Shown here piece by piece: positions 44,104-54,425 of a DNA stretch of 64,000 nucleotides. Location of the stretch: NCBI GenBank assembly GCA_000004985.1, contig GG738891.1; one strand, written 5' to 3'. Position numbers and translations under genes: made by a program. The notes beneath the pieces were generated by a model that saw only the letters and a program-made list of their open reading frames with translations, was not told the DNA's origin and did no database searches. Within the stretch, counting starts at the first letter, position 1, and each line of letters begins with the position of its first letter. This DNA comes from Naegleria gruberi (lineage: Eukaryota).

Positions 44104-45903
44104 ATGAAAAGACATTCAAATGGCAATTCTGTTGGTTCTTCTACAACAGCAGAAGCCGAGGATAGCAGCATCATGATGCTTCGGGTTGATAATGATAATG
44201 ATGGAGAATCAATCAACAACACTGATGATCACTCTCATGGAGGACCAAAGTTGAAAAAGGTCAAATTGAATCGTGATGATTCTTTTGCAAATTTGAGTGT
44301 AAATATTATTGGTCGTATTATGGAGTATTATTCGTATTTTATGGAACATACATTTATTTTGAGAGATGCCAATAGTAGATTACTGTTAGATATTTATGCA
44401 ATCAAAAAATTGAACGATCAAAGACATGTCTTTCTTCTATTTCCAAGTATTGAATTGGAAATTTATGAATTTAGTTTTAATTTTGATTATTCATTTCCTA
44501 TGGATGTCAAACATCTAAAATTAATTGACAGAAGGCCATTATCACAGATAGAACACAAACCACAGGCTGCACTTTATCCAATTCACAAAATGCAACACTT
44601 GGAGACATTAGAAATATTTAGTAATATTCTACATGAAGGATTTATTCCTACCCTATCAACAGCCAAACATTTAAAATCCCTTTCACTTAAAAGTGTGTGT
44701 GAAATAACTTTGGATGGTCTCAGAACCATCTTGAAATCATGCCCTTCTCTACAGTGTCTTAGATTGGGAAACAAGGGTTTCGAGCTTGTAGATGACCATT
44801 TTTGCGAGGATATTATTGAACATCCAAATTTAAAGGAGTTACACTTGCCTTACCATAATATTTCAAGCAAGGGACTGGAGGATTTGATCAGTAATAGCAA
44901 AATTCACATACTTAACTTATCTGAAAATCAAGAAATTGAGGAAGCCGACATGTCCTGTCTTTCAAAGAGTGACAAGTTGACAGATTTGAATCTTTCTTAC
45001 AACAAACTAGGAGGAAAACAGATTAAGCAAATAGCCAAACATGGCAAGAGTGTAAAATATTTAAATTTATCAACTTTGAAAACAGAAATCAATCCTAAAT
45101 ATATTGGAAAATTATTACAGATGAATTTAGTTAATCTTTCGATTAGACATTTAAAACCAGTAATAATAGACTCGGCGATATTTGATATCAAGAGTAATTT
45201 ATCCAAGTTGGACATTTCTTTAACATGCGGAGACGAAAATACATCAGGAGATGATATTGCTATCAAAATTTCACAGAATTTCAGCAACTTGAATTTTTTA
45301 TCCATGAGAAGATGTTATCTGTCAGATAAATCAGCAATGGAGCTTGTTAAGATGCCATCTCTAAAACACCTAAATCTAAGCTTTAACAAGATTACAGATG
45401 ATACTATCAGACAATTCGTTAATCTAAACTCCTCTATTGAGACTTTCTATATCAATAATAACAGTCAATTAACAGCTAGTGGCTATAAATTGTTGGCTTA
45501 CCATCCTAATTTGAGCTGTCTCAGAATATCTGGAAAAATTGGAAATGACAGTATTATTCACTTACTGACTAATTCACATCAACTCAAGTTTTTACAAATT
45601 GAAGACTACAAAAGACTTTCCAATTTACCTTTCGAATTTTTGGAAAAGTGTCCTACTTTGGAACAATTATATATTTCAGGATGTTATGTATCAGATGAAG
45701 CTGCAGCCAATATTGCCATGAGCAGTGTTTATGATTTAGCAATAATTAATCCAAAACGAGGATATATTTCAAATTCTCTTCTCAAAATTCTTGCACAATC
45801 CAAAACTCTTCAAACAATTAGGTTAGCCTACGATAACGTACATGAATTGACAGAGGGCGTGAAAGATCTCAAATGTGGTGGAAAACAAGTTGTTTGGCAA
45901 TAA
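44104..45903 (+). CDS. leucine-rich-repeat protein (RNI/F-box-LRR-like), 599 aa
   Basis: Single ORF with about 15 LxxLxLxxN/C repeats. An N-terminal region resembles an F-box. Confidence 0.6.
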   Translation: MKRHSNGNSVGSSTTAEAEDSSIMMLRVDNDNDGESINNTDDHSHGGPKLKKVKLNRDDSFANLSVNIIGRIMEYYSYFMEHTFILRDANSRLLLDIYAIKKLNDQRHVFLLFPSIELEIYEFSFNFDYSFPMDVKHLKLIDRRPLSQIEHKPQAALYPIHKMQHLETLEIFSNILHEGFIPTLSTAKHLKSLSLKSVCEITLDGLRTILKSCPSLQCLRLGNKGFELVDDHFCEDIIEHPNLKELHLPYHNISSKGLEDLISNSKIHILNLSENQEIEEADMSCLSKSDKLTDLNLSYNKLGGKQIKQIAKHGKSVKYLNLSTLKTEINPKYIGKLLQMNLVNLSIRHLKPVIIDSAIFDIKSNLSKLDISLTCGDENTSGDDIAIKISQNFSNLNFLSMRRCYLSDKSAMELVKMPSLKHLNLSFNKITDDTIRQFVNLNSSIETFYINNNSQLTASGYKLLAYHPNLSCLRISGKIGNDSIIHLLTNSHQLKFLQIEDYKRLSNLPFEFLEKCPTLEQLYISGCYVSDEAAANIAMSSVYDLAIINPKRGYISNSLLKILAQSKTLQTIRLAYDNVHELTEGVKDLKCGGKQVVWQ

Positions 45904-45909
45904 ATATAT

Positions 45910-48627
45910 TTATTTCTTCTTTTCTGACTTTTCCTCAGAACCAGGAACAAGCTTGTAGGTATGGAGCTTGTCAAAAACGAGAGCAACTCTCTTTTTCAAC
46001 CTTGTTGTATCTGTTATCATTTCAATTTCTTGTTGAAGAGTTTTATCCTTAGGGTTCTTGGTTAAAACAGTGCTCAGCAATTGACCTAATCCGAAATCAA
46101 CTAACTCTTCCCAACCTGGTGATTCATCGTGCACATCAGAAACCCAGTGATTTTGTAAAACTTCCATTTCTTTGTCTTCCAAAGAAAGATTCAACTTCAT
46201 TAATAAATGCATTAATAAAGTTGCACAAGAAAGGTTTTGAGAAAGTTCTTTCAGATTGGTTTGAGTCTTTTCAATCTTCTTTGTTAGAGTCAGAATGTCA
46301 TCATAAGTCTTTTCAAACAAAATGTCCAAGCTATTGATTGAGGTTGGATTCTTATCCTTGTATCTGACCATTAAACGCCTTTGTATTGTTCTGAATTGAG
46401 CTGCCAGTTTGTCCAATTGCTCGTAATAAATTTGCAAACCAAGACGGTTCTTAAAGTGTTCGTCTATAATATCAAAGTATGGGTAGAATGGAAGATTTTC
46501 TGTACTTTCAATCTTAATTGGAGATTTATCATCTGACTGCAGGGCAACATTACAGGCCTTCAATCTTCTTGTTGTTTCTTTGGCGAGTAAATACATAGTT
46601 TCAAAATTGGCAGATTGAATTCTATATCTTCCTGCATTCTTTGATACTAAGAGAGTTGCATCTTTTCCATTAGCATATTGGAATGTTAAGATGTTTTCAC
46701 TCACTAAATTTTCAGTTTCAGTATCTCCCTGTGGTATCAAATCTTCAAACAATGTAGCAATTGGTATTGGGGATTTGTTAGTTTCTAAAGTGATTTTGTG
46801 AGTTGTAACTTTCTTAGCAGGAACAATATCTCCACACAATCCGAAAGGAAGCAAAAAGCTGCAGTTAGATACACGAGGCTGACCTGTTAAAGGATCATGG
46901 TAAATTGCACTAACAGAAGCCTCAAGAGTCTTTGGAGTGCATTCATTACCACCAAATACAGTTATTGGGAGAACATATGGTGTTCTTTGAGACCCAGCAT
47001 CTTGAAAGAGTAAGTTGCCTAATAATTTGAAAATACTTACTAAGGACACTAATGTAAGTGGTTGGTGCTATCACATAAAATGGTTTTTCCACACTCATAT
47101 TAATTGTAATATTTTCTAATTGGCATTCATCACCTGTAAAACCTATGTACAACTTGATGGTCACTCTCTTATTTTCAGTTCCAGTACTGAATGACTCAGG
47201 GTCAACACTAGTTGGTATTTGAGCTCTTATTACTAAACTTTCATTTGCTTCATCCTTTTGATTTCTCTTTGTTTTTCTTATGATTTGTTGAAGACGCTTG
47301 GTTTCTTCTTCCAAACGCTCATAATCAATATCTTTGTTTTCAAGAGTTGGAACAGAGTTCGAAATGGCTCCAGTACCAAGATAATTTAAAGCAAGGTTTC
47401 CTTCTTCATCCAAAGAAACAACCATACCCTTGATTCCATTAAAATTAGCAACTCTAATACTCACAGGGGAAGAATTGCACCCAGCTGCCCAAGCAAGCTT
47501 AGGATCAGAATAGATCATTATTGTCTTGTTGTGAGTTCCCAAAATCAAATTTTGTCTTTCAGCTTTGGATATAATTTAGATTTAATACCTATATGGTCAG
47601 TACTTACTAGGATCTGAGCTTGGTTTGTAGAGATCTACTGCACTAGGGAAATAGTCAAATCTCATTTGTGTCATTAATTCTCCATTTTCCTTGATACTGA
47701 ATAATGTTCGTTCTCCTATAACTAGAATTTCAGATTGACCTGCTGATAAATATTGACTATATCTTCCAACAAGAATGTCATAGACTTCTTCTCCAACATT
47801 TACAGTCCAATTTGCTTTTACCTTTTTTCCGTTTGTATTTTCTTTTTGATTCGATCCGGATGAGGCTGCCAACATTTGATATCTTTCAACATTAGACCAA
47901 TAATAAAACAGCCCTACTTACTTGTAAGCTTCAACTTCCATCGATGAATTAAATGTAACAAAACTGTCCATAGATTTGCTGTATGTTAATGGTCCAGGAA
48001 CTAAACTTGTTGACAAGAATCTTTGGAAAGTAAAGTGGTCTTGCTCAAAGAATGATAATTGGCCATCAAAAGATTGAATACAAATATAATCCTTTCCGAA
48101 AGCACCTCCAAAAGGGCCATAACAAAAGTTGTAAGATAATCTTTGAAGAGCATGTTCATAATACAAATGAAGTGTATAACCTTCCATAGAATTTGGATCT
48201 TGATCATTGCTTGAAACAAAAGACTCGGAGGCTTGTTTTACAATAGTATACACTGCAAACTTTTTAGGCATCAAAACACCAAGAGCATTATCCCTTGAAT
48301 TACTAGAATAAAATTCAAAGCTCAATCCTTGCCTCAACAACTCACAAAAACTTACGGAATAAATTTACCAATTTCAACTTGCAAAATTGGTGCTTCTAAT
48401 TGTTTTTCCAACAATAAATCAGTTGGATAAAAAGTGTTTTTCTGAGGTTTATAAATTCTGAGCATTCCAGATAAACTTCCTACAACAATTTTATCCAAAT
48501 AATTATCTTGACTAGAATTTGGGGGTCTCTCATTGTCTACATTTCCTATACAAAGAGAACCCTTATCAAATTCTTCATTCACTCCGCATTTAGTCGACCA
48601 CCATTCTCGAAGTTTAAAAAGGGACAT
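45910..48627 (-). CDS. BBS9: BBS9/PTHB1, BBSome subunit, about 846 aa, 5 exons
   Basis: Exons 48356..48627, 47922..48302, 47608..47882, 47041..47562 and 45910..47000. The first two use track coordinates, because the printed text is off by one base there. Introns are 53, 39, 45 and 40 nt. The N-terminus MSLFKLREWWST... matches human BBS9 MSLFKARDWWST. Collinear matches include VEIGKF, SFDGQLSFFEQDHFTFQRF, GERTLFSIKENGEL, RYRIQSANFE and FRTIQRRLMVRYKDK. Confidence 0.85.
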
Positions 48628-48821
48628 TTTTTTGTACTTGTATTGAGATTGTATATTTGAAAAAATTGGCGGGAAATTTTGTCTTTATGCCTCAAACCAA
48701 CCTTTTGAAAAGCTTGAAATTTTCATCATCCACAAAATTAATTACAATTCAATCATGTATTCATCATTGCAATTCTTCAATTATATGATAATGATAATTT
48801 ATTGTACAATAGTCACAAAAT

Positions 48822-51800
48822 TTAGTGGGTTTCCTCAGTTTGAGCAGTGGCAGCGCCAGGTTGTGTGGTTGGTTGTTGTGGTTCGACATATTCTTCGAAT
48901 TGGTGAGGTTCGAATGTCTTGACATAGGTAGTACGGATGAGTGGGTAAGGTAAAATTTCTTCAAAGAAACTGATATCCAAATGTTTGGATGTCTTGACAG
49001 TTCTATCAAGGAAAATGCAACAAGTATCGTATTGCTTTTCATAACCCTTAGTACCATTCATGTGGAGAAGAATCATGGCAGCAAACTCGGCGAATCTCTT
49101 GTAATCCTTTTCAAGTTCAGCAATCTTATTGGACTTGACACTGTGAACAGCTTGAATCAATCTGTGGAATGCAGTAATTGACAAGTGGGTATTGTTATAC
49201 CAACCTTCAAGATTGACATCATAGACGCTGTCCTTTTCTTTCCAAGTGGTATTGAGAATAGTGAGAGCAGCAAAGGCCAATGGTAAGACTTCCCAAACTT
49301 GAGATCTATCAACGAGTGGAGACAACTTCAATCTGAGAGGGTGATCAACATCAGAGAAACCACAATCAGTAGCCAAAGCGTCAATTGGAAGGAACTTGCC
49401 ATCACCATAATAATTTCTGGAATATTGTTCGTAAGCACTGTCAATGACATCATAAATAGCTGGGGCATTTCTTCTAACTGAAGATTGAAGAGCAGATTGT
49501 AAACATTGTCTGAATTCCAAAATACCACCAAGTTGAATGAGGAGTGGCATGAGTGTTTCGAGAGGAACAAGAGTTTGTCTGACCTTCTTATCCAAAACAA
49601 ACTTTTCATCATAGAGTTTGCTTTCAATATCCTTGAGGGCATTGTTGGCTTGGGACAAAACTTCTCTGATCTTTTCACTTCTTACATAAATTTCATCCAA
49701 CAAGGATTGATTCAAAGCTCTGAAACCATACGGACCAGTCAAGGTGATGAATGCCTTCAATTCATTGTAATCCAAGTAATTTTCAACATTGTAACTTTGA
49801 ATTGGAGTATTGGCAGTTGAGATGAAGGTTTGTCTGTTTGGATGGAAGAGAGTCTTATACTTTTGTGGATCTGAAACCAAATCAGTGAACCATTGTGAGT
49901 AGATTGAAATCAAGTTGGCTGGTTCTGTTGTTTGAACAACACCGAATGGTGAATCAACATAATTCAAATGCACAAAGTTATCCAAGAATGAGTTCAGAAC
50001 CAATTCTTCAGTATTGATATTGACACATTGTTCAATAATCTTTAAGGATGACATGAAAGAGTGTAATTCACTCAACAATTCTGATGGAGAAATGAACTTT
50101 GGAGTAAGAGCGTCATTCTTCATTTCCTTAGCTGTCAAATCAATAGTAGTGGCAATTCTCTTGATATACTCGGCAATGTATTCTTCGAGAACAGTTCTTA
50201 AGTATTCAACAGGGTAGAAAACATTGTCATACACAACGATTTCGTCGTATCTAGATAATGAGTACAACAATTGAGTGACATTTCTTTCCAAATCACGCAT
50301 ATCATTGATAGAATTATTTTCAAAGTGACTTTCGACACCTGGAACTGCTGGTTCTTCGATATATTGCTTGTTCTTACCATATCTACGGAGGATAGTTTGG
50401 GCAGCAACATCACCACCGATTTGATGAGTTAACATTCTGTAACCATGAGAACTGTTCAACAAATCAAGACCCTTTCTAATTCTGTCGACTAATTGTCCGA
50501 GCATTTGTTCAGCAAATTGAACTGATTGTTGACCAATTCTGTTTCTGAGGGATGGATTAAGTTGAGGGTGAATATTATCAGCATATGTGTTAAGAATTCT
50601 GATAAAAGCAGTCGAATACAAAGGTTGACTCTTTGAACCAATAAGACCTTCAGAGAAAATCTTATCAACATCAGCTCTGTAGAAGTACAATTGCTTGAGG
50701 GATCCCTTTTCGACCAATTCATCATATAAACCATCGACGTGCTTTGAGAATACAACAATCTTGGTCATGGTATTAAACAAGAGTGTCATTTCAGGCAATG
50801 TTTGTTTGAATTGATAACCGGACAGGAATGATTCAACTCTCTTCCAATTCAAACGCATGGCTTCAAAATCTTCACTATTTTGAATATCTGACATGATTGA
50901 TTCCATAATACCAGTAACTTTGGCAAGTTCAAGCTTGGCTTTATGTTCTTCGATCAATTGCCTGGCCTTATTATAATACAATCCACGAATAATCTTGAGA
51001 GAGTATTTTCTAATAACATCTCTGTGTTGCACACAAACGTACATCATTTCATCCATGAGGTAGATCATTTCACTAATCAAAGTTTCCTTAACTTCCTTGA
51101 ACTTCTTTTGAGCAGACTTTGGAACGTATCCATTGTGATGGAAATACCACATGATTTCATTTCTGGCCATTGAAATAGCAGCCAAAACCAAGTTGAATTT
51201 TGGTCCAAGCAAACCAGGTTGATCCTTCATCATGTTGAGCAAGGACTTTAATTGCAATCTGAGATAATTTCTCAATTCCTTGTGATAGTCATGACATTTT
51301 TCAGCAGCAATTTCTGCAAGTTCCTTCAATGATTTCTTTTCCTTTTTCAAATCTCCAAACTTTTTAATCATGACATATTCTTTGAAAGGATCGTGAATGT
51401 TGTAAACTTCATCACCGTAGAGTGGAATGACCAAGTTATTGGCCAAAACTCTTTGTAAGAGAATTTCATAACAACGAAGAGGAGCATCCTTGTCCTTCTT
51501 CTTGCTGACTACAACTGGTGTCATTCTTATTTGTTTTTCTGGGGCACGAGCAAGTGCATCAGGACAACAAGCATAAATAATAGCAACCCATTCTACGATA
51601 TCTTGATAACAATTCAAATACAAGTATGTTTCATCAACAGCAGGGAATGGAATTCTATCTGGTTCAGACAACATTTCCAAAGGTCTTTTAACATTCAAAC
51701 CACCAAAAGTACCTCTTTCAAATGCTGGAATGAGAGCAATGAGTGCTTTACCAATTTGATCTTGAATTGTGAACCATTTTTCTTGGAAACGAGGAATTGG

Positions 51801-52622
51801 ATCAGCAAAATCTTTAAACAATTGCCAAACTCGTTGAATGTTTGGTTCTGCTTGACCGTTCAATTTCAAATAACTCAAGTTTAACAAACAAACAATAAGT
51901 TCCTTGTCCTTAATTCTATTCAGCAACAAGATCAATTTCACATATCCAACCAACATTTGCAAATAATCATAACATGTTAAAAAGTTGACATCTTGTAAAA
52001 AATCAATATTGGCATTTGTAGACATTTCTAATATTGTTTGTTGAGCATGTTCTGTCCATTGTAACAATTCTTTAAATGTTAAATAAATTGGATGTACTTG
52101 ATTAAACAGTGTTGTCATGTTATTCAATGCCCAATCAAAGCCTTGAACCTTTTCCAATTCATCAATGGCAATATGTGGAGCATCTTTTAATAATTTAGCG
52201 AACATTTTCTTCATATCCACAGGAAGTGTGGACTTCATAATATCAGGTTTTAAATCATTATCACCAAGTTCATTCTTTATCGTATATAAACGTTGGAGGA
52301 GAGCCTCAGAATGTTGTTTTAAAACAAAAAGCTAAAATAGTTTTGTTTCGAATATATTTTGCATCAAGTAGTAGTGCAGGATAGCGTTTGATAAATAAAA
52401 ATTGAAGAGAGGAGGGATCATAGTTAGTATAAATTATTATGAATCAGAGAGTGATAAATCCATTCAATCCACACAGTGAAAAATAATTTTCATCATCATC
52501 ATTAGAATAATTAAAACGATTGTCGTTTAATACGAAATAAATTGTTGATCAACAATAGAATAATAATGTTAAAGAGGAGATGATGTGTTTGCTCTGCTTA
52601 CCTTCTCTGCTACCTTTGCCAT
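48822..52622 (-). CDS. NCKAP1: NCKAP1/NAP1/Hem, SCAR-WAVE complex subunit, about 1176 aa, 2 exons. The first exon is absent from the ORF track.
   Basis: A 21-nt exon 1 at 52602..52622 (MAKVAEK, GTAAGC donor), then a 270-nt intron 52332..52601, then exon 2 at 48822..52331. The join reads MAKVAEK LFVLKQHSEALLQRLYTIKNELG, against human [25 protein letters not shown]. Internal [30 protein letters not shown] matches human [30 protein letters not shown]. Confidence 0.85.
52432..52512 (-). ncRNA. candidate intronic box C/D snoRNA inside NCKAP1 intron 1
   Basis: On the minus strand: AATTATT cta ATGATGATGATGA (C box) ... TTTATCACTCT CTGA (D box) ttcat AATAATT. A 7-bp terminal stem flanks a 5' C box and a 3' D box about 60 nt apart. 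The host intron is about 5 times longer than typical introns here. Confidence 0.35.
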
Positions 52623-52815
52623 GGTGTGATTTACAGTGGTGTGTTGGAAATTTTTTTAGATAGAGAAGAAGGATTGACAAGTGATTGAATTGATTGGTCT
52701 GTTTCTGCTACGCGAAGATAAGCAAAACAGAGCACAGTAAAAACATGGCAAAAACTACAGTGAAGAGATCTAGACCTCAATTACTTATTAGCATGGTTGT
52801 TAAGGAATACACATT

Positions 52816-52821
52816 GAAAAA
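52816..52821 (-). terminator. Pol III terminator T-run immediately downstream of the 5S gene
   Basis: TTTTTT on the minus strand directly after ...CTGTAGTC. Confidence 0.5.
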
Positions 52822-52940
52822 AGACTACAGCACCACAGGTTCCCAAGTTGTCTCCAACCTCAGTACTGATGTGGCTCGACGATGCTTAACTTCTCAAATC
52901 GGACGGGATGAGGTGCATGAATCGTGATATGGCCGTAGCC
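52822..52940 (-). rRNA. 5S ribosomal RNA gene, about 119 nt, a single dispersed copy
   Basis: The reverse complement reads GGCTACGGCCATATCACGATTCATGCACCTCATCCCGTCCGATTTGAGAAGTTAAGCATCGTCGAGCCACATCAGTACTGAGGTTGGAGACAACTTGGGAACCTGTGGTGCTGTAGTC. It is collinear with vertebrate 5S, GTCTACGGCCATACC...GGGAGACCGCCTGGGAATACCGGGTGCTGTAGGC. The 5' and 3' ends pair and a T6 run follows. Confidence 0.9.
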
Positions 52941-53096
52941 AACAATTTGTTTGAATTTATAATTATTAAGGGCAAATTCACCAGTCAATATTGATAGAGA
53001 ATTATAAATAATACCACTCTAATTTTCAAAAACAAGAATGAACCTGTAATATTGCTATTATTTTGTAATAAGCTTATTTTTTAATAGATTTAAAAA

Positions 53097-53494
53097 ATGG
53101 ATCAAAGTGATGAGTAAGTAATTGATGAAAAATATTCTTGTTTAACTGATCATTTGGAATCAAATTATACACCAATTAATATTCTAATTATAATAATATT
53201 AAATATTGATTTATTTTGTATAGTTATTGTAATTTAGTAAATGCTATTCAATTATTGGAAAGACAAAAGGCTCAAGTGGAAAAGGATGTAAAGGAATTAC
53301 AGGAGAGACTCGCTCAGGAAAAGAAGGGAATGACCCTCTCCGAGCAATTACTAGTCTCGGAACAAGTTGTACAACAAGTTCCTAAAATTGATTTTGCTCT
53401 CTATCTTCAATTTTGCAAGGAACACAATGTGCACTTGGCAAAAGATGTTCAACAAGCTCTCGAAGCCTACATAAAGGAGGCCAAGAAGAAATAA
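53097..53494 (+). CDS. small coiled-coil protein of about 95 aa, 2 exons
   Basis: Exon 1 at 53097..53113 (MDQSD-, GTAAGT donor), a 110-nt intron, exon 2 at 53224..53494. The heptad pattern is coiled-coil-like. Function unknown. Confidence 0.3.
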
Positions 53495-53646
53495 TTATTT
53501 ATGATGTAAAACTGAGGAGAAAACAAATGATTACGAGGAGTGAGACAGTTCTTATTCATCAATTACTTAGTACGAAAGTGGAGCTGAATAAACACTCAAG
53601 CTCACATAATTTACAAAATTCACATATAGGTTTATTATTGAATTTA

Positions 53647-54411
53647 TTATTGGATAAGATTAAACTGTTTGAAAAGTTCAATGTATTCACCACCCAAATG
53701 ATTTGCCATATCAACAGCATTGGATTTGGATTCAGACTCAACTGAATTAGAATAGGCATCACAAACAATTCTATCATTCACACCATTTCCACATCCATAT
53801 TCCAAAAGTAATTTAACAGCTTCCAAATCCTCATTTTCTAAAGCTGCACAGATTGGTGATGTTGAAACGTTGGTAACATCTCTAGGCATATCACTTGAAT
53901 CATAATAGGTGCATGTGTAGCTTCTATTAATTTTAGGATCAGCACCTCTTTCCAAGAGAATTTTCATTGCTGTGTGATCCTTCTTTGTAACAGCTCCATA
54001 CAGACAAGTGGAAGAATCATTGCCATATCTTACAGTGGATGTATCATTCCTGGTGGCGTTAGGATTTACCTTAATTTCATCAAGCAAATATTTCATCACG
54101 TTATGATGACCTTTATCGAGTGCTCTACATAAGGCATCACCAGTGAAGCTATACTTATAGTAGGTATAGTATTTTTGTGTGGTAGGGTTATGATGCTCCT
54201 CACAGAGTTGTTTAGCTTTCACCGAGTCCAATTTTGAGAGAAGGGCTTTAAGGTTCTTCAGACAGGTAGTTTCATCGTCTGTCTTGTTGATGGTTTCATG
54301 TACGTTCTCAACAGTTACTTTCATTGTTTTTTTTAAGTTTTCTTCTACTAACCGTGGATGAGTAGATGAACTTGTTGCATCTCTCACTGAAATGGAATTA
54401 TTGAGGACCAA
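53647..54411 (-). CDS. ankyrin-repeat protein, 254 aa
   Basis: ANK motifs include ALDKGHHNVMKYLLDE, LYGAVTKKDHTAMKILLERGADP and ICAALENEDLEAVKLLLEYG. Confidence 0.55.
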   Translation of the reverse strand: MVLNNSISVRDATSSSTHPRLVEENLKKTMKVTVENVHETINKTDDETTCLKNLKALLSKLDSVKAKQLCEEHHNPTTQKYYTYYKYSFTGDALCRALDKGHHNVMKYLLDEIKVNPNATRNDTSTVRYGNDSSTCLYGAVTKKDHTAMKILLERGADPKINRSYTCTYYDSSDMPRDVTNVSTSPICAALENEDLEAVKLLLEYGCGNGVNDRIVCDAYSNSVESESKSNAVDMANHLGGEYIELFKQFNLIQ

Positions 54412-54425
54412 TTTTATAAAGTTTC

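Noticed and set aside
47019-47040. 22-nt intron as the junction of BBS9 exons 4 and 5
   Set aside because: It is far shorter than every other intron in the window (38 nt or more). An acceptor 18 nt further downstream gives a 40-nt intron with an equally good alignment.
48628-48821. Search for an RFX X-box (GTTNCCNNGGNAAC) in the 194-bp BBS9 upstream interval
   Set aside because: No convincing palindromic X-box-like motif is visible. Many ciliated protists lack RFX-mediated regulation anyway.
52780-52900. Weak resemblance to a U6 snRNA (ATTAGCATGG) and a 7SL S-domain (CACCACAGGTTCCCAAG) in the same segment
   Set aside because: On the opposite strand the whole segment aligns end to end with 5S rRNA. 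The snRNA and 7SL matches are short and incidental.
52694-52927. 77-aa plus-strand ORF (MVCFCYAKISKTEHSK...)
   Set aside because: It is the antisense read-through of the 5S rRNA gene and its upstream flank. It has no coding features.
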